64,000 nt of DNA from Candidatus Latescibacterota bacterium. GTDB taxonomy: Bacteria; Latescibacterota; UBA2968. Of this stretch, positions 9,841 through 20,662 are shown in pieces. Within the stretch, counting starts at the first letter, position 1. Every line of letters starts with the position of its first letter. The DNA lies in the NCBI GenBank assembly GCA_965207885.1, contig OZ242311.1, forward strand, positions 3,584,001-3,648,000, in the 5' to 3' direction. The notes beneath the pieces are model-generated. The model ran no database searches and had not been told where the DNA came from. It saw only the letters and a program-made list of their open reading frames with translations. A program made the position numbers and the translations under genes.

Positions 9841-9880
9841 AATGGGGCGAGAGTTACAAACGACTCTCGCCCCATTTTTT
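9841..9880 (+). terminator. Intrinsic terminator after the tRNA
   Basis: AATGGGGCGAGAGT/ACTCTCGCCCCATT stem followed by a T-tract. Confidence 0.85.
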
Positions 9881-9900
9881 GCGTCTCACTTCGCTTATGC

Positions 9901-10881
9901 CTATGCGTCTATTTGTCTTATCAGATCCCGTAACTCCTGAATCAGCGCGTCCAGACCCTGACCTGTGACAGAGGAAATTCCCATATCTGTTTGTCCCTGA
10001 AAAAATGGCGCCCTGCGGTGTTCGGGTGGCAACAAATCCAGCTTAGTGGCAATGAGCATCGCGGGTTTCTCGCGCAATTTGGGACTGAAACGATCGAGTT
10101 CTTCTCTCAAAACTGACAGGTCGTATTCGGGATTGGGGCTGGTGACATCGACCATAAAAAGGAGAACGCGTGTGCGTTCAATATGGCGCAAAAACTGAAA
10201 CCCAAGCCCTTTGCCGCGATGCGCCCCTTCAATCAGGCCGGGAATGTCTGCCATAACAAAGCTATCGTAATCGCCGCATTTGACAATGCCCAGATTGGGT
10301 TGCAGGGTCGTAAAGGGGTAATCTGCGATTTTGGGTCGCGCCGCAGATACTCTTGATAGAAGAGTCGATTTACCCGCATTTGGATGGCCGACCAGACCGA
10401 CATCGGCGATGAGTTTGAGCTCGAGCTCCAGATGGCGTTCTCGTCCCGATTCTCCGGGCTGGACATACTCTGGCGCTCTGTTTGTCGGCGTGGCAAAACG
10501 CGCATTGCCACGGCCCCCGCGACCGCCCTCAAGCAAAACAACGCGCTGATCTGATTCAGTCAAATCCGCGAGAATTTCACCCGTTTCTGTATCCTTGATA
10601 AGCGTGCCAACCGGTACGGGAATTTCAGCATCATCGCCCCGCCTGCCCGCTTTCTTTTGCCCCGACCCATGTTCTCCATGCCCCGCGCTCAGGTGTTGTT
10701 GATACCGATAATCGAGCAGCGTGGAAAGGCGCGGGTCTGCAATAAAAACGACATCTCCCCCCTTGCCACCATCGCCGCCATCTGGCCCCCCTCGCGGCAC
10801 ATGCTTTTCTCGGCGAAAACTTTTGCATCCATTGCCGCCGTTGCCCGAACGGGCATAAATTCTGGTTAGATCAACGAACAT
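9901..10881 (-). CDS. obgE: GTPase ObgE/CgtA
   Basis: MFVD, FRREKHVPRGGPDGGDGG, GHPNAGKST, DYPFTT and DIPG motifs. Confidence 0.97.
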   Translation of the reverse strand: MFVDLTRIYARSGNGGNGCKSFRREKHVPRGGPDGGDGGKGGDVVFIADPRLSTLLDYRYQQHLSAGHGEHGSGQKKAGRRGDDAEIPVPVGTLIKDTETGEILADLTESDQRVVLLEGGRGGRGNARFATPTNRAPEYVQPGESGRERHLELELKLIADVGLVGHPNAGKSTLLSRVSAARPKIADYPFTTLQPNLGIVKCGDYDSFVMADIPGLIEGAHRGKGLGFQFLRHIERTRVLLFMVDVTSPNPEYDLSVLREELDRFSPKLREKPAMLIATKLDLLPPEHRRAPFFQGQTDMGISSVTGQGLDALIQELRDLIRQIDA

Positions 10882-10892
10882 GGGAAAATTCG

Positions 10893-11651
10893 CTATGTTG
10901 CGGACTCTGCCTGTGCGCTATTTCTCAAAAGCAGAGCCTCTTCAATGGGGATGTGCTCATCTGCGCTGTTGATGAGGTCCCTCGCCGTATTGTAGGTAAA
11001 GGAAATGACCTCAATGCGCGGTCCCAGAGTTTTAACGAGATCGACCAGAGGTACAAAATCACCGTCACCACTCACGAGAACCACGACATCGAGTTTATCG
11101 ACAAATCTCATGATATCAATGGCCATGCCCATGTCCCAATCGCCTTTAGCCGATCCATCGCTGCGCTGCCGCAAATCTTTTCTTTTTACTTCATAGCTCT
11201 TTTGTTGAAGCATTGAGATAAAGTTGCTCTGGTCAACATCTGGCGATTGCACGACATAGGCAATAGCGCGGATCAAGCGGCGTTTACCCACACTGAGTTC
11301 CAGCAGTTTTTCAAAATCGAGACGCGCATTAAACGGTTTTGCGGCATAAAAGATATTCTGTACATCGACAAATATCCCAACCCGCAATTCCGTCGTGGGA
11401 ATGTCTGTGCGCCGATCTAACCGGGCTCTGGCATTGGCCTGTAGAGCGGCGATACTTTTCTGAATGGCATCGAGAGTAGCAAAAATTTCCCGACGCTCTC
11501 GAGCACCGCTAATAGCTTCTTTATAGACCCTATTCTTAATCTCTCGAAGGTCTCGAATCGAAGCCTGTGCTATGTTAATCTGATCTAATTTTTGCTCAAT
11601 GCGCGCTATTGCCTCTTGTATTTCCACAATCTGATCTTTAAAGTCTGCCAT
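10893..11651 (-). CDS. NYN/LabA (PIN-like) domain protein with an N-terminal coiled coil
   Basis: IFVDVQN, KGDWDMGMAID and LVSGDGDF motifs; heptad-like first ~80 aa. Confidence 0.85.
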   Translation of the reverse strand: MADFKDQIVEIQEAIARIEQKLDQINIAQASIRDLREIKNRVYKEAISGARERREIFATLDAIQKSIAALQANARARLDRRTDIPTTELRVGIFVDVQNIFYAAKPFNARLDFEKLLELSVGKRRLIRAIAYVVQSPDVDQSNFISMLQQKSYEVKRKDLRQRSDGSAKGDWDMGMAIDIMRFVDKLDVVVLVSGDGDFVPLVDLVKTLGPRIEVISFTYNTARDLINSADEHIPIEEALLLRNSAQAESAT

Positions 11652-11654
11652 TTG

Positions 11655-12509
11655 TTATGGAGTCTCCGATATTAGTTTGTGTAACCCTGCGCCAAGGGCA
11701 AGGGCAAATCTGCTCGCCTGTCCGAGTTCTTCGCGATCTCGTTTTGGCAACCGCGCAGTATCTATACCGAGAAATATGGGATATTCCTCAAGGCTGAGAC
11801 TGGCTGGTGGATCAATAGCCGGTATGTCCCCCGACAGATAAACCCGTTTGCAGGGGCGGTGTGAAGAACTGGCGAGAGAGAACCAGCGTTGCAGACTTGA
11901 AGAATTGGGAACAGTTGTTTCAACACCGATTAAAATACCATTTTCAACGGAAACGTAACAAGACCCATCGGGATCGCTGTGAATAGCCATTTTCCTACCT
12001 GCCTCCCATACGCGAGCGGGTAGGCCAGCACAAAATAGAGCCAGCGGAGCGACGGAGAGATGCAGGTGGGTTTCGCCCAGTGCAGAACACAGGGTTTCGC
12101 ATGCGTCAATCACCCCGTTGCGCACTGCGGTCCAAAAAGCCACGCGGCCCACCGCAATAAAGTCGATCACACTATTGTCAACAGGAGAAATAAGTGCCTG
12201 AGATGCTTCCCAAAAAATCTGCTCTCGGCGGTCTTCTTCTCCCGCGACTTCGAGAGGAATTTTTTGGATGTGATACAGGCCACCCGAAAGACAAAAAGAA
12301 AGCGTGCCAATCGGTTTTGGCAGGCTTTCAAGTGCTTGTCCCAATTCCTCAACAAAGGATTTGGACACTTCTTTTTCGGGATCAAAATCAAAAGCCTCCG
12401 ATACGCGCTGGTTAATAAGACCCCTGAGATAATATGCATTATCCAATTTTTCAAGATGGACCACGCGCAAGGTGTTGCCCGAAATATGAATGCCCGTCGC
12501 TGTGCTCAT
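11655..12509 (-). CDS. Hypothetical protein, degenerate PilM/FtsA (actin-fold)-like
   Basis: GIHISGNTLRVVHL N-terminus, IFWEASQ, VYLSG and FALALGAG resemble PilM-like segments. Weak. Confidence 0.5.
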   Translation of the reverse strand: MSTATGIHISGNTLRVVHLEKLDNAYYLRGLINQRVSEAFDFDPEKEVSKSFVEELGQALESLPKPIGTLSFCLSGGLYHIQKIPLEVAGEEDRREQIFWEASQALISPVDNSVIDFIAVGRVAFWTAVRNGVIDACETLCSALGETHLHLSVAPLALFCAGLPARVWEAGRKMAIHSDPDGSCYVSVENGILIGVETTVPNSSSLQRWFSLASSSHRPCKRVYLSGDIPAIDPPASLSLEEYPIFLGIDTARLPKRDREELGQASRFALALGAGLHKLISETP

Positions 12510-12970
12510 GGCGTACTCATCGTAAGGTGTGGCCGCAAGCGATCTAGGGTTTTGGAACCAATACCCTTGACCTTTGTAATATCGTCAATGCGCTTAAATG
12601 CCCCATTCTCTTCGCGATAAGCCACAATGCGTCCCGCAAGTTGAGGCCCAATACGGGGCAGACGCTCAAACTCTTTTGCTGTTGCCGAGTTGATATCGAT
12701 TAATTCCCCCGCCGGAGAAATTTCTACTTTTTCTTTTTTTTCAGAGGCGTCCTCTTTTCCGCCCGCCTTGGCTGGCGACAGGTATTGGTGAACTTCTACT
12801 TCTTCTCGCGGTGGAACTTCCACAGCATTTTTTCGCACCTCAAAATCGGGAATGCGATCCGGATCTTTACTGTCGAGATAACGGATAACAATCCCCACAA
12901 TAAGAACGCCGCAAAGCATCAACAGAATAATTTGTTCGTTGCGGTTAAAAGTGAACATGGAAAAGTCCAA
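12506..12970 (-). CDS. comEA: ComEA-family helix-hairpin-helix DNA-binding protein
   Basis: N-terminal TM segment; IDINSATAKEFERLPRIGP and VKGIG HhH motifs. Confidence 0.88.
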   Translation of the reverse strand: MDFSMFTFNRNEQIILLMLCGVLIVGIVIRYLDSKDPDRIPDFEVRKNAVEVPPREEVEVHQYLSPAKAGGKEDASEKKEKVEISPAGELIDINSATAKEFERLPRIGPQLAGRIVAYREENGAFKRIDDITKVKGIGSKTLDRLRPHLTMSTP

Positions 12971-15900
12971 TTATTGAAATCCGATTTCACCCCAGAATCG
13001 AAAATCCCAGGTCACATTAGTGAGGTCGCGCAGGTGGTCTTTGCGCCGTTCATGGCGAAACGTAGTCCCGCCTGTAAATCGCGAGCTAAAGGCATATTGC
13101 GTACCCAGGCTAACAGACCAGGATGTCGAGTTTTGACGGATAATGGGTTCGGCTGGCACATCGGGTTCGGCACTTCGGGGCATTTCGGTTTGTGTATTCA
13201 AATTGCGTGAAAAGGAAAGCGTGAGGTCGAGAGTGCGCTGAAATCTTCCGCGCAGTGAATAGCGCACATCTGCTTGCAATGTGCCGTTTTCCGTCAAAGT
13301 GGTTCCGATCAGGCGATCGGCAAGGGTCGGTTGAACAGAAGCTGTATCGGCAGTCACATTGCGCTGATAGCGAATTTCATCGTTGCGGCTCTGGCGGCGG
13401 CTAAATGTCGTATTCATATCGCCCTTCCAGCGCGCACTCCACTGAAAAAGCGGATTGTATGATATTTCTCTTGCATCACTTGTCAGATAACGCGACGAGA
13501 GATTGAGACTGCCATCACCCCGTCGGGTGCGCGATTCCTGGTACCCAAAAGTGGCATTGGAACTGACCCAAAACCAGCCGATCAAAGGCACGCGCTCAAG
13601 ACCGCGCCAACTCGCGTCAAATTTGGGAAAGATGACCTGATCATCTTTGCCGAGTGTATTGCCCGTGCGTTCGTTTTCGGAATAATTGGCAGAGGTGTTA
13701 AAATTCAGCCCCAGGGGCAGCCGAATACCACTGGATACCTGTGCCTGTCTTCGCACATTGCTGGCATTGGTTCTCGTTCCCGTGCTCGCGACCACAATGG
13801 GGACCTGGATCGTATCTTGAAAACCAAATTGATAGGCCAATGAGGGACGGGCCGTGAGACCAAACAAATTATTTGATTTGTTCTGAGAAACACTGCTCGT
13901 CACATTCTGAAGGCGGCCACCCACTTTTCCAATCCACTGCAAAATGGAAAAACCATCGTCTTTACCGGACTTGCGCGTCCAGCGTTGAAACAAGCTGGGC
14001 AAGTTGAGATTGATGCGCGCATTCGCCGTTTGCTGGTTATTGACCGTGAGTCCGCGCCTAACGCTACCGTACTGCACGCGCTCCCCACCGATTTCGAAGC
14101 GATCCGTGTACGTAGCCGAATACGACGGATTCACGGTGATCCAGTTGGAAATACGCGGCGTAAATCTGAAATTGAGCGATTGATTGCGCGATATTTCGCG
14201 TCCAAATTGGAGTTGGGTCAGGGCGTATCCATTTCGCAAATCGCGGTTGAGAGTAAGCGAATAATCGGCATTCAGACTGCGAAATGGCGAGAGTTTAATG
14301 GCATAATTTTCGGTCAGGTTGAAAGTCTCTCGCACTGTATCAATCACATTTGAAGTGTCGCCTGCGATGGCGCGAAATGAGGTCTGATCCGATACTCCGC
14401 GATTAAAGCGCAGATTGTAATTGATGCTGGAGGGCAGGTAAAAAAACTGCGCCTCTTTGAGCGGTTTGTAAAAGGGCACCCACTTGAAAATGGCGAGAGC
14501 TTCGCGCTGAGACCACACCTGATTATAGGTCATATTGCCGTTTAGGTTCTCGTTCAGGCTTCGCCTGCGCTGTGTAATCGCACCCGTTGTCGATGCGTCA
14601 GAACTATAGTTGAGTGACGTGGAGGCTTTGTCAAAAAAAATGCGAGACAGCAGGCTCGGGTCTTCGCGTGCTGGCCGCTTTCTCAGCGAAAGGGTAAAGC
14701 GCGTCTGAGAGCGCACATCGCTTTCGCTGATTTTTTGTTCGGGAGTGAGCACAATATCCGATCCCGGGCGTATGCGGGGGCTTGATGTATAGCGATTATA
14801 GCTGAATCGGACGGGCATGGAGGTATTCCACTCTTTGGGAAAGAATTTGTCGATATTGAACTGGCTGTCAAAGTTGAAGCGCGTGGTGGTGTTGCCCGAA
14901 GCCCTGCCTTGCAGATCTTGGAAATCACCGCTTCGGCGTTCCAAATTGACCGTCAAATTGCCCAAATCGGCCAGGGTTATGCGCGTATCGGCCAGGGCAG
15001 ATAAGGCGGGTTTTTTGCGGATATCATCAACGCGCAATTCATCCATCCAAACTTCGTTTTCGCCAATGAAAATCTCATCGCCGCGGTTGCGAATCCCCAC
15101 AGTAAAGGCTCTGATCGAAGCCAATGCGGGATTGCCGCGCACGATATAGGTGCGACCATCCACATCGATCTCTATGCGATTGCCCTCTTTGTCGTAGCGA
15201 GCGAGAAAATCGCCACGGCGAAGCGACACACTAACGGTATCAGACACTTGCTCGGTGGCTTGAAGACCCAGCAATTGGCCTTTGAGTTGCGACATGACCT
15301 CGAGGTCTAAACGGACGGTATTGGTCTCTTCTGCCCAACCGCGATAAACCCGCGAGCGGTATTCGTAATAGTTGAGAGAATCGTCATTGATGGGGGCAAA
15401 ACGCATAAAAAATTCGATGGGACTGGGGCCCGTAATCAAGGAATCTGCGGCGTCTGAAAAATTGGTGCTATACGTCGGATCGGCCGGGTTGCCGCCATGC
15501 AAAAACAACGTCATAACACCGTATTCGGTATAGTCCTCGCCATTGGCAAAACTGCGGGATGCAGAGATGGATTCGCCCGGGTAGAGATCGACAAATTCGA
15601 GCACCAGAGAATTTTCAGACAAACGAATACCCGTGGTGGGGTCAATTTCTCGCTCGAGACCCGGAGGAGATTCGTAAAAGGAGTTGTTCGTGCCGATAGT
15701 CGAAACCTGAAAATCGCCCGATAACTGCCCGAAAGCGACCGGGTCTTCCTGCCATTCACTGCCGGTCGCACTAAATGTATAGATTTCGACAGAGGTGGTG
15801 TCGTTGTGTTCGAACCAGACGCGCACAAAGTCAATCTCGCTGGCAAATGTGGTGTCGGGACTACCCTCAAAGGTACGGGGCGCGTCTTGCCCTTTGAGGG

Positions 15901-18900
15901 GAATGCGCAATAAACGCCACGGGGGATCTGTAATGCCGCCCAATTCGGGAAAGAGATCGGATTCCGTGCCGGGCACAAGCATAGATGGGCCAGTAAAGGT
16001 GCCCGATGCGAAAGACAGGCCTCTATTGCTGGACAAATCGACGCTGTATCGGATAAAACTGTCGCGCTGGTCGAGAAAACCATTGCCGTTGAGGTCTTCG
16101 GTATCGGGGCGTGATTGACGCTCTGCCCTGTTGCCCTCTGTCCCATTGAGGCCAGAGGGATAGCGACGCAAGATATCCGTCGTGTTTTGATCCACATCTT
16201 CAAAATTATCTCCCGAAGGATCGTTGGGCACAGTTACACCTGGAAATATTTTTCGAAAGATCTCGACTTCTTCGGCGTCGGTCAATCCATCTAGACCAAT
16301 GTCTTCTTCGTCAATGACGATATCGTCTCCTGTGGGCAAGCCGCCGATGGGTTTGTCTTCTGTGCGAAAACCACTTGGAAATCGCTCTCGGTCACTGGGA
16401 TCGTTGTACATGGGGTGATCAAGGGGCAGGCGGACGCGCTCAGAAACATCGCCCAAATCGATGTGCAGATGCCCATCGTCTCCCCGAATCCAGAGTTCGA
16501 GAAATTTAGACCGCGACAAATCGAGACCATTGACATAGCGCATAATCCCCGCCCATGATTGTTGGGGAATGCCATTTTCGTTGTTCTGCGAGCGGACGGG
16601 AAATCCATTACTGCGCGCTGGATCAAATCGCAGTTTGAGAATATCGACAATGTCTTGTTCCGCGCTTATGTCATCGCGGGTCGGCTGAATTCGAGAAAGA
16701 GATGCCCTGTCGCGGTCAATGGGATTATACCACGTCAATCGCCCCTGTGGCAATGTGAGCATTCTGCTGTTGCGAAGGGGAACACTTGCGCGATTCCACC
16801 CTATTTTGCCAATCGCAAACGCCGTGCTGTTCAGAGCGCCTTCAAAATCATCGATATAGGCCACATTTTTGGTATTGGGATTTGGCAAACTCTGCGCGAT
16901 TTCAAAGTCCATATCGATAGACGACGGTGCCTGCGTGTTCACGAGTGGAATGGAATTGACGAGGTCGCTCAACAGTTTGGGTTGCATCCGGAAGCGCGCA
17001 TTGGCATCCCACAAAATAGTGCGCGTGGGTTCCTGCCCAACCCGCACGCGCGGCGAGGCAGTACTTTGACTGCCGTAGAGCAAGGTCAGGCCAATAAGCG
17101 AATACTGATCGTCAAAGGGCCGCTCGAGACGTACGCCCAAAAGGCTTTTGGACTGACCAAAACCAAATTGGTCTTTGGTCTGATACGATATGTCCAGATC
17201 AGAGGAAGGATCCGAAACCTCGTTTTCGGCATCGCCAATAAATTTCAAACGGCCTGTCACATAATTTATCGTGTAGTCTGTATCGCGTGTTAAGGTTCGG
17301 TTGTTGAGCCGAACGACTTCGCTGTTTTCAACCAGTCCGAGAAATCCGAGGTTGTATTCGGTCGATTTGCTCGTCGAACTCACCCGCAACTCATACCGCC
17401 CCGCTTCCTGGCGGTTGGACGTGTTGGTCTCATTGTAAATGCCCGGCACGCGCACCTCGAGGTCGGGTGCCCCCAACCCCTCCTCGCCAAAAGGCTCGAG
17501 AAAGGGAAAGACGAGATGCCCTCTGGCGAGACTCAGCCCGGGAATCTCATTGCCCGTGCCAATATCGATGAGTCGATCTGGAGGAGAAGATTCAGAAGAC
17601 CCGTTGGTGTGCCGGTCGAGGCCAAAAATTTCCAGGTATGATCTGCCCTCCTGATTGTCCTGCGGATTTTCACCCGGCACATTGCGAAAAATGCCGACGA
17701 ACAGGCCCTCGGGACTGATGTTGCGCCCACCCAGGCTATAAACATTGCGCCACGCAAGCCCCCATGTCGGGTCTGTGGGGCGTTGTTGCCTGGCTTTGAT
17801 GAGCTTGAGCTGGATTTTTTTATCTGGATTTCCCGGATCGGGAATAAATTGTATGTCGCCAAAATTTTCACCCGACGCGGTTTGATAAGCCACCGCAAGC
17901 GTGTAGCCCCGCGAAATCCGACCGCGTTCATGGATGAGAAAGCCTTCGGGTAAAGCAGTAAATTCGGAGGGATCAAGCTCGTGAAACGTGCCTTCTTCAA
18001 CGCCCTTGTCAGAACGACGCGACGCACCTTCATCGGGCGATCCATTGTTCCACACGAGGTATGCGATACCGGGAATGGCCGAGTCTTCGAGGTCGTTTTG
18101 CGCGTTGTAGTCGTTTATGAATACGCGCACGCTTTGCTCATTGACGCGATCGCCCGGCGCGGGAAACAAGCCGTTGCGGAAATTTTCTCGATAAATATTA
18201 TCGAGAAAAAAGTAGGTGTTTTCGATGTACCTGTAATCGGGAATTGCATCAGCCCTTCCTTGCCCTTGCCCCGTCTGCCCTTGCCCCGTAAAGGTTTGGC
18301 GACCACTCGACGATTTGTCCTGAGATGTGACAACCGTAAAATTGATGGCACCAACCCGCCCCCGCGTTTTGATGCCAAACAGCCCACCTCTACTGCCGCC
18401 GCTAAATCCAATCAGCCGCGTGCCGGGCAAAGCCAGTGTCGTATTGCCCGCTTCTATGGTTTCAATAATGCCGTCCTCATCGCCTTTGTATTGCAGGCGC
18501 AGGCCCTCGGTCAGATCAAAGCTTTGTCGTTCGCTATCTTGCTCCAGCGAAACCAGGATCCGATCGCCAATGGAGCCTTCAACAGTGAGTCGAGCTTCTT
18601 GCTCAAAATTGATGGTGGGAAAACGCGATGTGCGCGTGAGAGCTGCTTGCGCCTGTCCCAAAGTGTATTGCGAGAGGCCCGACAATTCGATGCGGCGGTA
18701 CCCCCGTATGGTGAGATTGGCAGCCCCTTCCCCAGTAATAGCACTCAACCGCTGGGGGACGCGAATCGGAATTTTGACATCGATTATACCCTCACCTTCT
18801 CTATCCTCATCCATGCGACCTCCCAATCGCTCTTGTGCAAGGCGATGGGTATCATGGTAGAACTTGTAGCGCATAAAGTCGCCCAGACTGATAATCACCG

Positions 18901-19174
18901 GAAGGCCGTAAGGCGTACCGCCCAGATCGCGGAACACCATCAGTGTATATTCGGCTTCTGTTTCTATCAGTTGCGCCGCAGGAGTCGCATATGGGCGTCT
19001 TCTGGGAAAATAAGAAGTGGATCCGGGTGTATCGCGCAAAAAGGCTTCAAGCGTTGCCCCACCTATTTGCGGACGCAAACCCGGCGTGGCAAGAGCAATA
19101 CTCGGGCAGAGCAACGCGAAAAAAAACAAAACACTGAGGCCGCGCGACCACAGGTGAATGTGAATAAACTTCAT
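12971..19174 (-). CDS. sprA: SprA-like large outer-membrane protein (T9SS translocon family)
   Basis: ~2070 aa with signal peptide; AYIDDFEG, LHIDLGDVSE, DTEDLNGNG and VWMDELRV motifs; beta-strand-rich C-terminus. Start placed at MKFIHI. Confidence 0.85.
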   Translation of the reverse strand: MKFIHIHLWSRGLSVLFFFALLCPSIALATPGLRPQIGGATLEAFLRDTPGSTSYFPRRRPYATPAAQLIETEAEYTLMVFRDLGGTPYGLPVIISLGDFMRYKFYHDTHRLAQERLGGRMDEDREGEGIIDVKIPIRVPQRLSAITGEGAANLTIRGYRRIELSGLSQYTLGQAQAALTRTSRFPTINFEQEARLTVEGSIGDRILVSLEQDSERQSFDLTEGLRLQYKGDEDGIIETIEAGNTTLALPGTRLIGFSGGSRGGLFGIKTRGRVGAINFTVVTSQDKSSSGRQTFTGQGQTGQGQGRADAIPDYRYIENTYFFLDNIYRENFRNGLFPAPGDRVNEQSVRVFINDYNAQNDLEDSAIPGIAYLVWNNGSPDEGASRRSDKGVEEGTFHELDPSEFTALPEGFLIHERGRISRGYTLAVAYQTASGENFGDIQFIPDPGNPDKKIQLKLIKARQQRPTDPTWGLAWRNVYSLGGRNISPEGLFVGIFRNVPGENPQDNQEGRSYLEIFGLDRHTNGSSESSPPDRLIDIGTGNEIPGLSLARGHLVFPFLEPFGEEGLGAPDLEVRVPGIYNETNTSNRQEAGRYELRVSSTSKSTEYNLGFLGLVENSEVVRLNNRTLTRDTDYTINYVTGRLKFIGDAENEVSDPSSDLDISYQTKDQFGFGQSKSLLGVRLERPFDDQYSLIGLTLLYGSQSTASPRVRVGQEPTRTILWDANARFRMQPKLLSDLVNSIPLVNTQAPSSIDMDFEIAQSLPNPNTKNVAYIDDFEGALNSTAFAIGKIGWNRASVPLRNSRMLTLPQGRLTWYNPIDRDRASLSRIQPTRDDISAEQDIVDILKLRFDPARSNGFPVRSQNNENGIPQQSWAGIMRYVNGLDLSRSKFLELWIRGDDGHLHIDLGDVSERVRLPLDHPMYNDPSDRERFPSGFRTEDKPIGGLPTGDDIVIDEEDIGLDGLTDAEEVEIFRKIFPGVTVPNDPSGDNFEDVDQNTTDILRRYPSGLNGTEGNRAERQSRPDTEDLNGNGFLDQRDSFIRYSVDLSSNRGLSFASGTFTGPSMLVPGTESDLFPELGGITDPPWRLLRIPLKGQDAPRTFEGSPDTTFASEIDFVRVWFEHNDTTSVEIYTFSATGSEWQEDPVAFGQLSGDFQVSTIGTNNSFYESPPGLEREIDPTTGIRLSENSLVLEFVDLYPGESISASRSFANGEDYTEYGVMTLFLHGGNPADPTYSTNFSDAADSLITGPSPIEFFMRFAPINDDSLNYYEYRSRVYRGWAEETNTVRLDLEVMSQLKGQLLGLQATEQVSDTVSVSLRRGDFLARYDKEGNRIEIDVDGRTYIVRGNPALASIRAFTVGIRNRGDEIFIGENEVWMDELRVDDIRKKPALSALADTRITLADLGNLTVNLERRSGDFQDLQGRASGNTTTRFNFDSQFNIDKFFPKEWNTSMPVRFSYNRYTSSPRIRPGSDIVLTPEQKISESDVRSQTRFTLSLRKRPAREDPSLLSRIFFDKASTSLNYSSDASTTGAITQRRRSLNENLNGNMTYNQVWSQREALAIFKWVPFYKPLKEAQFFYLPSSINYNLRFNRGVSDQTSFRAIAGDTSNVIDTVRETFNLTENYAIKLSPFRSLNADYSLTLNRDLRNGYALTQLQFGREISRNQSLNFRFTPRISNWITVNPSYSATYTDRFEIGGERVQYGSVRRGLTVNNQQTANARINLNLPSLFQRWTRKSGKDDGFSILQWIGKVGGRLQNVTSSVSQNKSNNLFGLTARPSLAYQFGFQDTIQVPIVVASTGTRTNASNVRRQAQVSSGIRLPLGLNFNTSANYSENERTGNTLGKDDQVIFPKFDASWRGLERVPLIGWFWVSSNATFGYQESRTRRGDGSLNLSSRYLTSDAREISYNPLFQWSARWKGDMNTTFSRRQSRNDEIRYQRNVTADTASVQPTLADRLIGTTLTENGTLQADVRYSLRGRFQRTLDLTLSFSRNLNTQTEMPRSAEPDVPAEPIIRQNSTSWSVSLGTQYAFSSRFTGGTTFRHERRKDHLRDLTNVTWDFRFWGEIGFQ

Positions 19175-19385
19175 AAGGACTTTGGGAAACAGGCGGAAAG
19201 TTGTATGAGCGTGCGGGTAATAGGTCGTTAGACAAAGTACATAATAGCACAAGCCACATGAAAGTCAAGATAAAATCCGCAGAAATTGGCGGGAGATAAA
19301 CATCGGTAAGCGCGTCTTTTTTTCAGAGGTAAAAAGCCGTATATTCCGTTGATCGTTAAACTCATTTTTTTAAAAAAGGTTCCTC

Positions 19386-20660
19386 ATGCGCTTGCGCCGG
19401 TATGTGATATCCGAACTGATAATGCCGTTTTTATTTAGTTTTTCCGTAATCATCTTCCTTCTCGTCATCGATCTCATTTTGCAAATGCTCGACCGCATTC
19501 TGGGAAAAGGCGTACCCATAGGTGTGGTTTTTGAGTTGTTTTTTTTAAACACGGCCTGGATGATTGCCCTCGCTGTTCCGATGGCTGTGCTGGTCAGTAC
19601 CCTGCTGGCATTTGGTCGCTTGAGTGCTGCGGGTGAAATTGTGGCCATGCGCGCATTGGGCATTGGGATTCATCAGGTTGTTGTGCCGGTTCTGCTTGTC
19701 GCCGCGCTGCTGGGAATTGGGCTGGTGATTTTTAATGATCGCATTTTGCCCGAATTTAATCACCGCGCCCGCGTTTTGATGACAGATATTCACCGCAAAC
19801 GCCCCGCGGTTGCACTCGCCGACAAAGCCGGTGTAATGATTGGCGATTTCAAAAATTACCAGATTTTATTTGATCGCGCTGATGCAGGCGGAAATATACT
19901 CCATGACGTACTGGTATATAGCTTTAATAGCGATGGGTTTCCCGAAACAGCGGTTGCCGATTCGGGCGTTGTCGAATTTGACGAAGCGCGAGACGAGGCC
20001 CTGCTCTATCTCTTTAATGGGGAAATGCACCGCATTGATCCAGACGATCCCACAGTCTATGCGCTCACAACATTTGCCAAAGCCAGATTGCGGCTCGGAG
20101 ATGCGGGCCAACAGTTGTCGCGGTCGTCATCGGCATATCGCAATGATCGAGAAATGGATATCGCCACCATGCAGCACAAAATTGCACAGTACGAAAGCGA
20201 ATTACACCAGGCGAAAGTCAAAAGAGCAAATCTCATGAATGCGTTTGTGCGTGAAGTGTTAATAGATTCTACAGATACAAAACCCGTGCAGTCGCTGCGC
20301 GCTGTATTGGGGCGCGTGGCAGCCGATACGCGAATTGCACGCCATAAGTTGAGAGCAGCAGACCGGTTGCGCGTGGAGGTACACAAAAAATTTTCAATTC
20401 CCGCAGCCTGTGTGGCATTCGTGCTGGTGGGCGCGCCAATCGGCGTGTGGGCGCGCAGCAACAGTGTGGCAATTGGCGCGGCGATCAGCATTGGCTTTTT
20501 CTTGGCGTGGTGGATTTTTCTCATCGGAGGTGAAAAACTGGCTGACCGCGGGGTGCTCATGCCCTGGTTTGCGATGTGGATACCCAATGTATTGACCGCC
20601 CTCGTAGGCGTTGTTCTATCTGCTCGTATTATCTGCGAGTGGGGCGTAAAAAGGAGATAG
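19386..20660 (+). CDS. lptF: LptF/LptG family LPS export permease (LptF)
   Basis: RYVISE, FGRLSAAGEIVAMRALG and EVHKKFSIP motifs. Confidence 0.85.
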   Translation: MRLRRYVISELIMPFLFSFSVIIFLLVIDLILQMLDRILGKGVPIGVVFELFFLNTAWMIALAVPMAVLVSTLLAFGRLSAAGEIVAMRALGIGIHQVVVPVLLVAALLGIGLVIFNDRILPEFNHRARVLMTDIHRKRPAVALADKAGVMIGDFKNYQILFDRADAGGNILHDVLVYSFNSDGFPETAVADSGVVEFDEARDEALLYLFNGEMHRIDPDDPTVYALTTFAKARLRLGDAGQQLSRSSSAYRNDREMDIATMQHKIAQYESELHQAKVKRANLMNAFVREVLIDSTDTKPVQSLRAVLGRVAADTRIARHKLRAADRLRVEVHKKFSIPAACVAFVLVGAPIGVWARSNSVAIGAAISIGFFLAWWIFLIGGEKLADRGVLMPWFAMWIPNVLTALVGVVLSARIICEWGVKRR

Positions 20661-20662
20661 CC

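Noticed and set aside
17981-19231. 416-aa plus-strand ORF
   Set aside because: Antisense shadow of sprA with no motifs.
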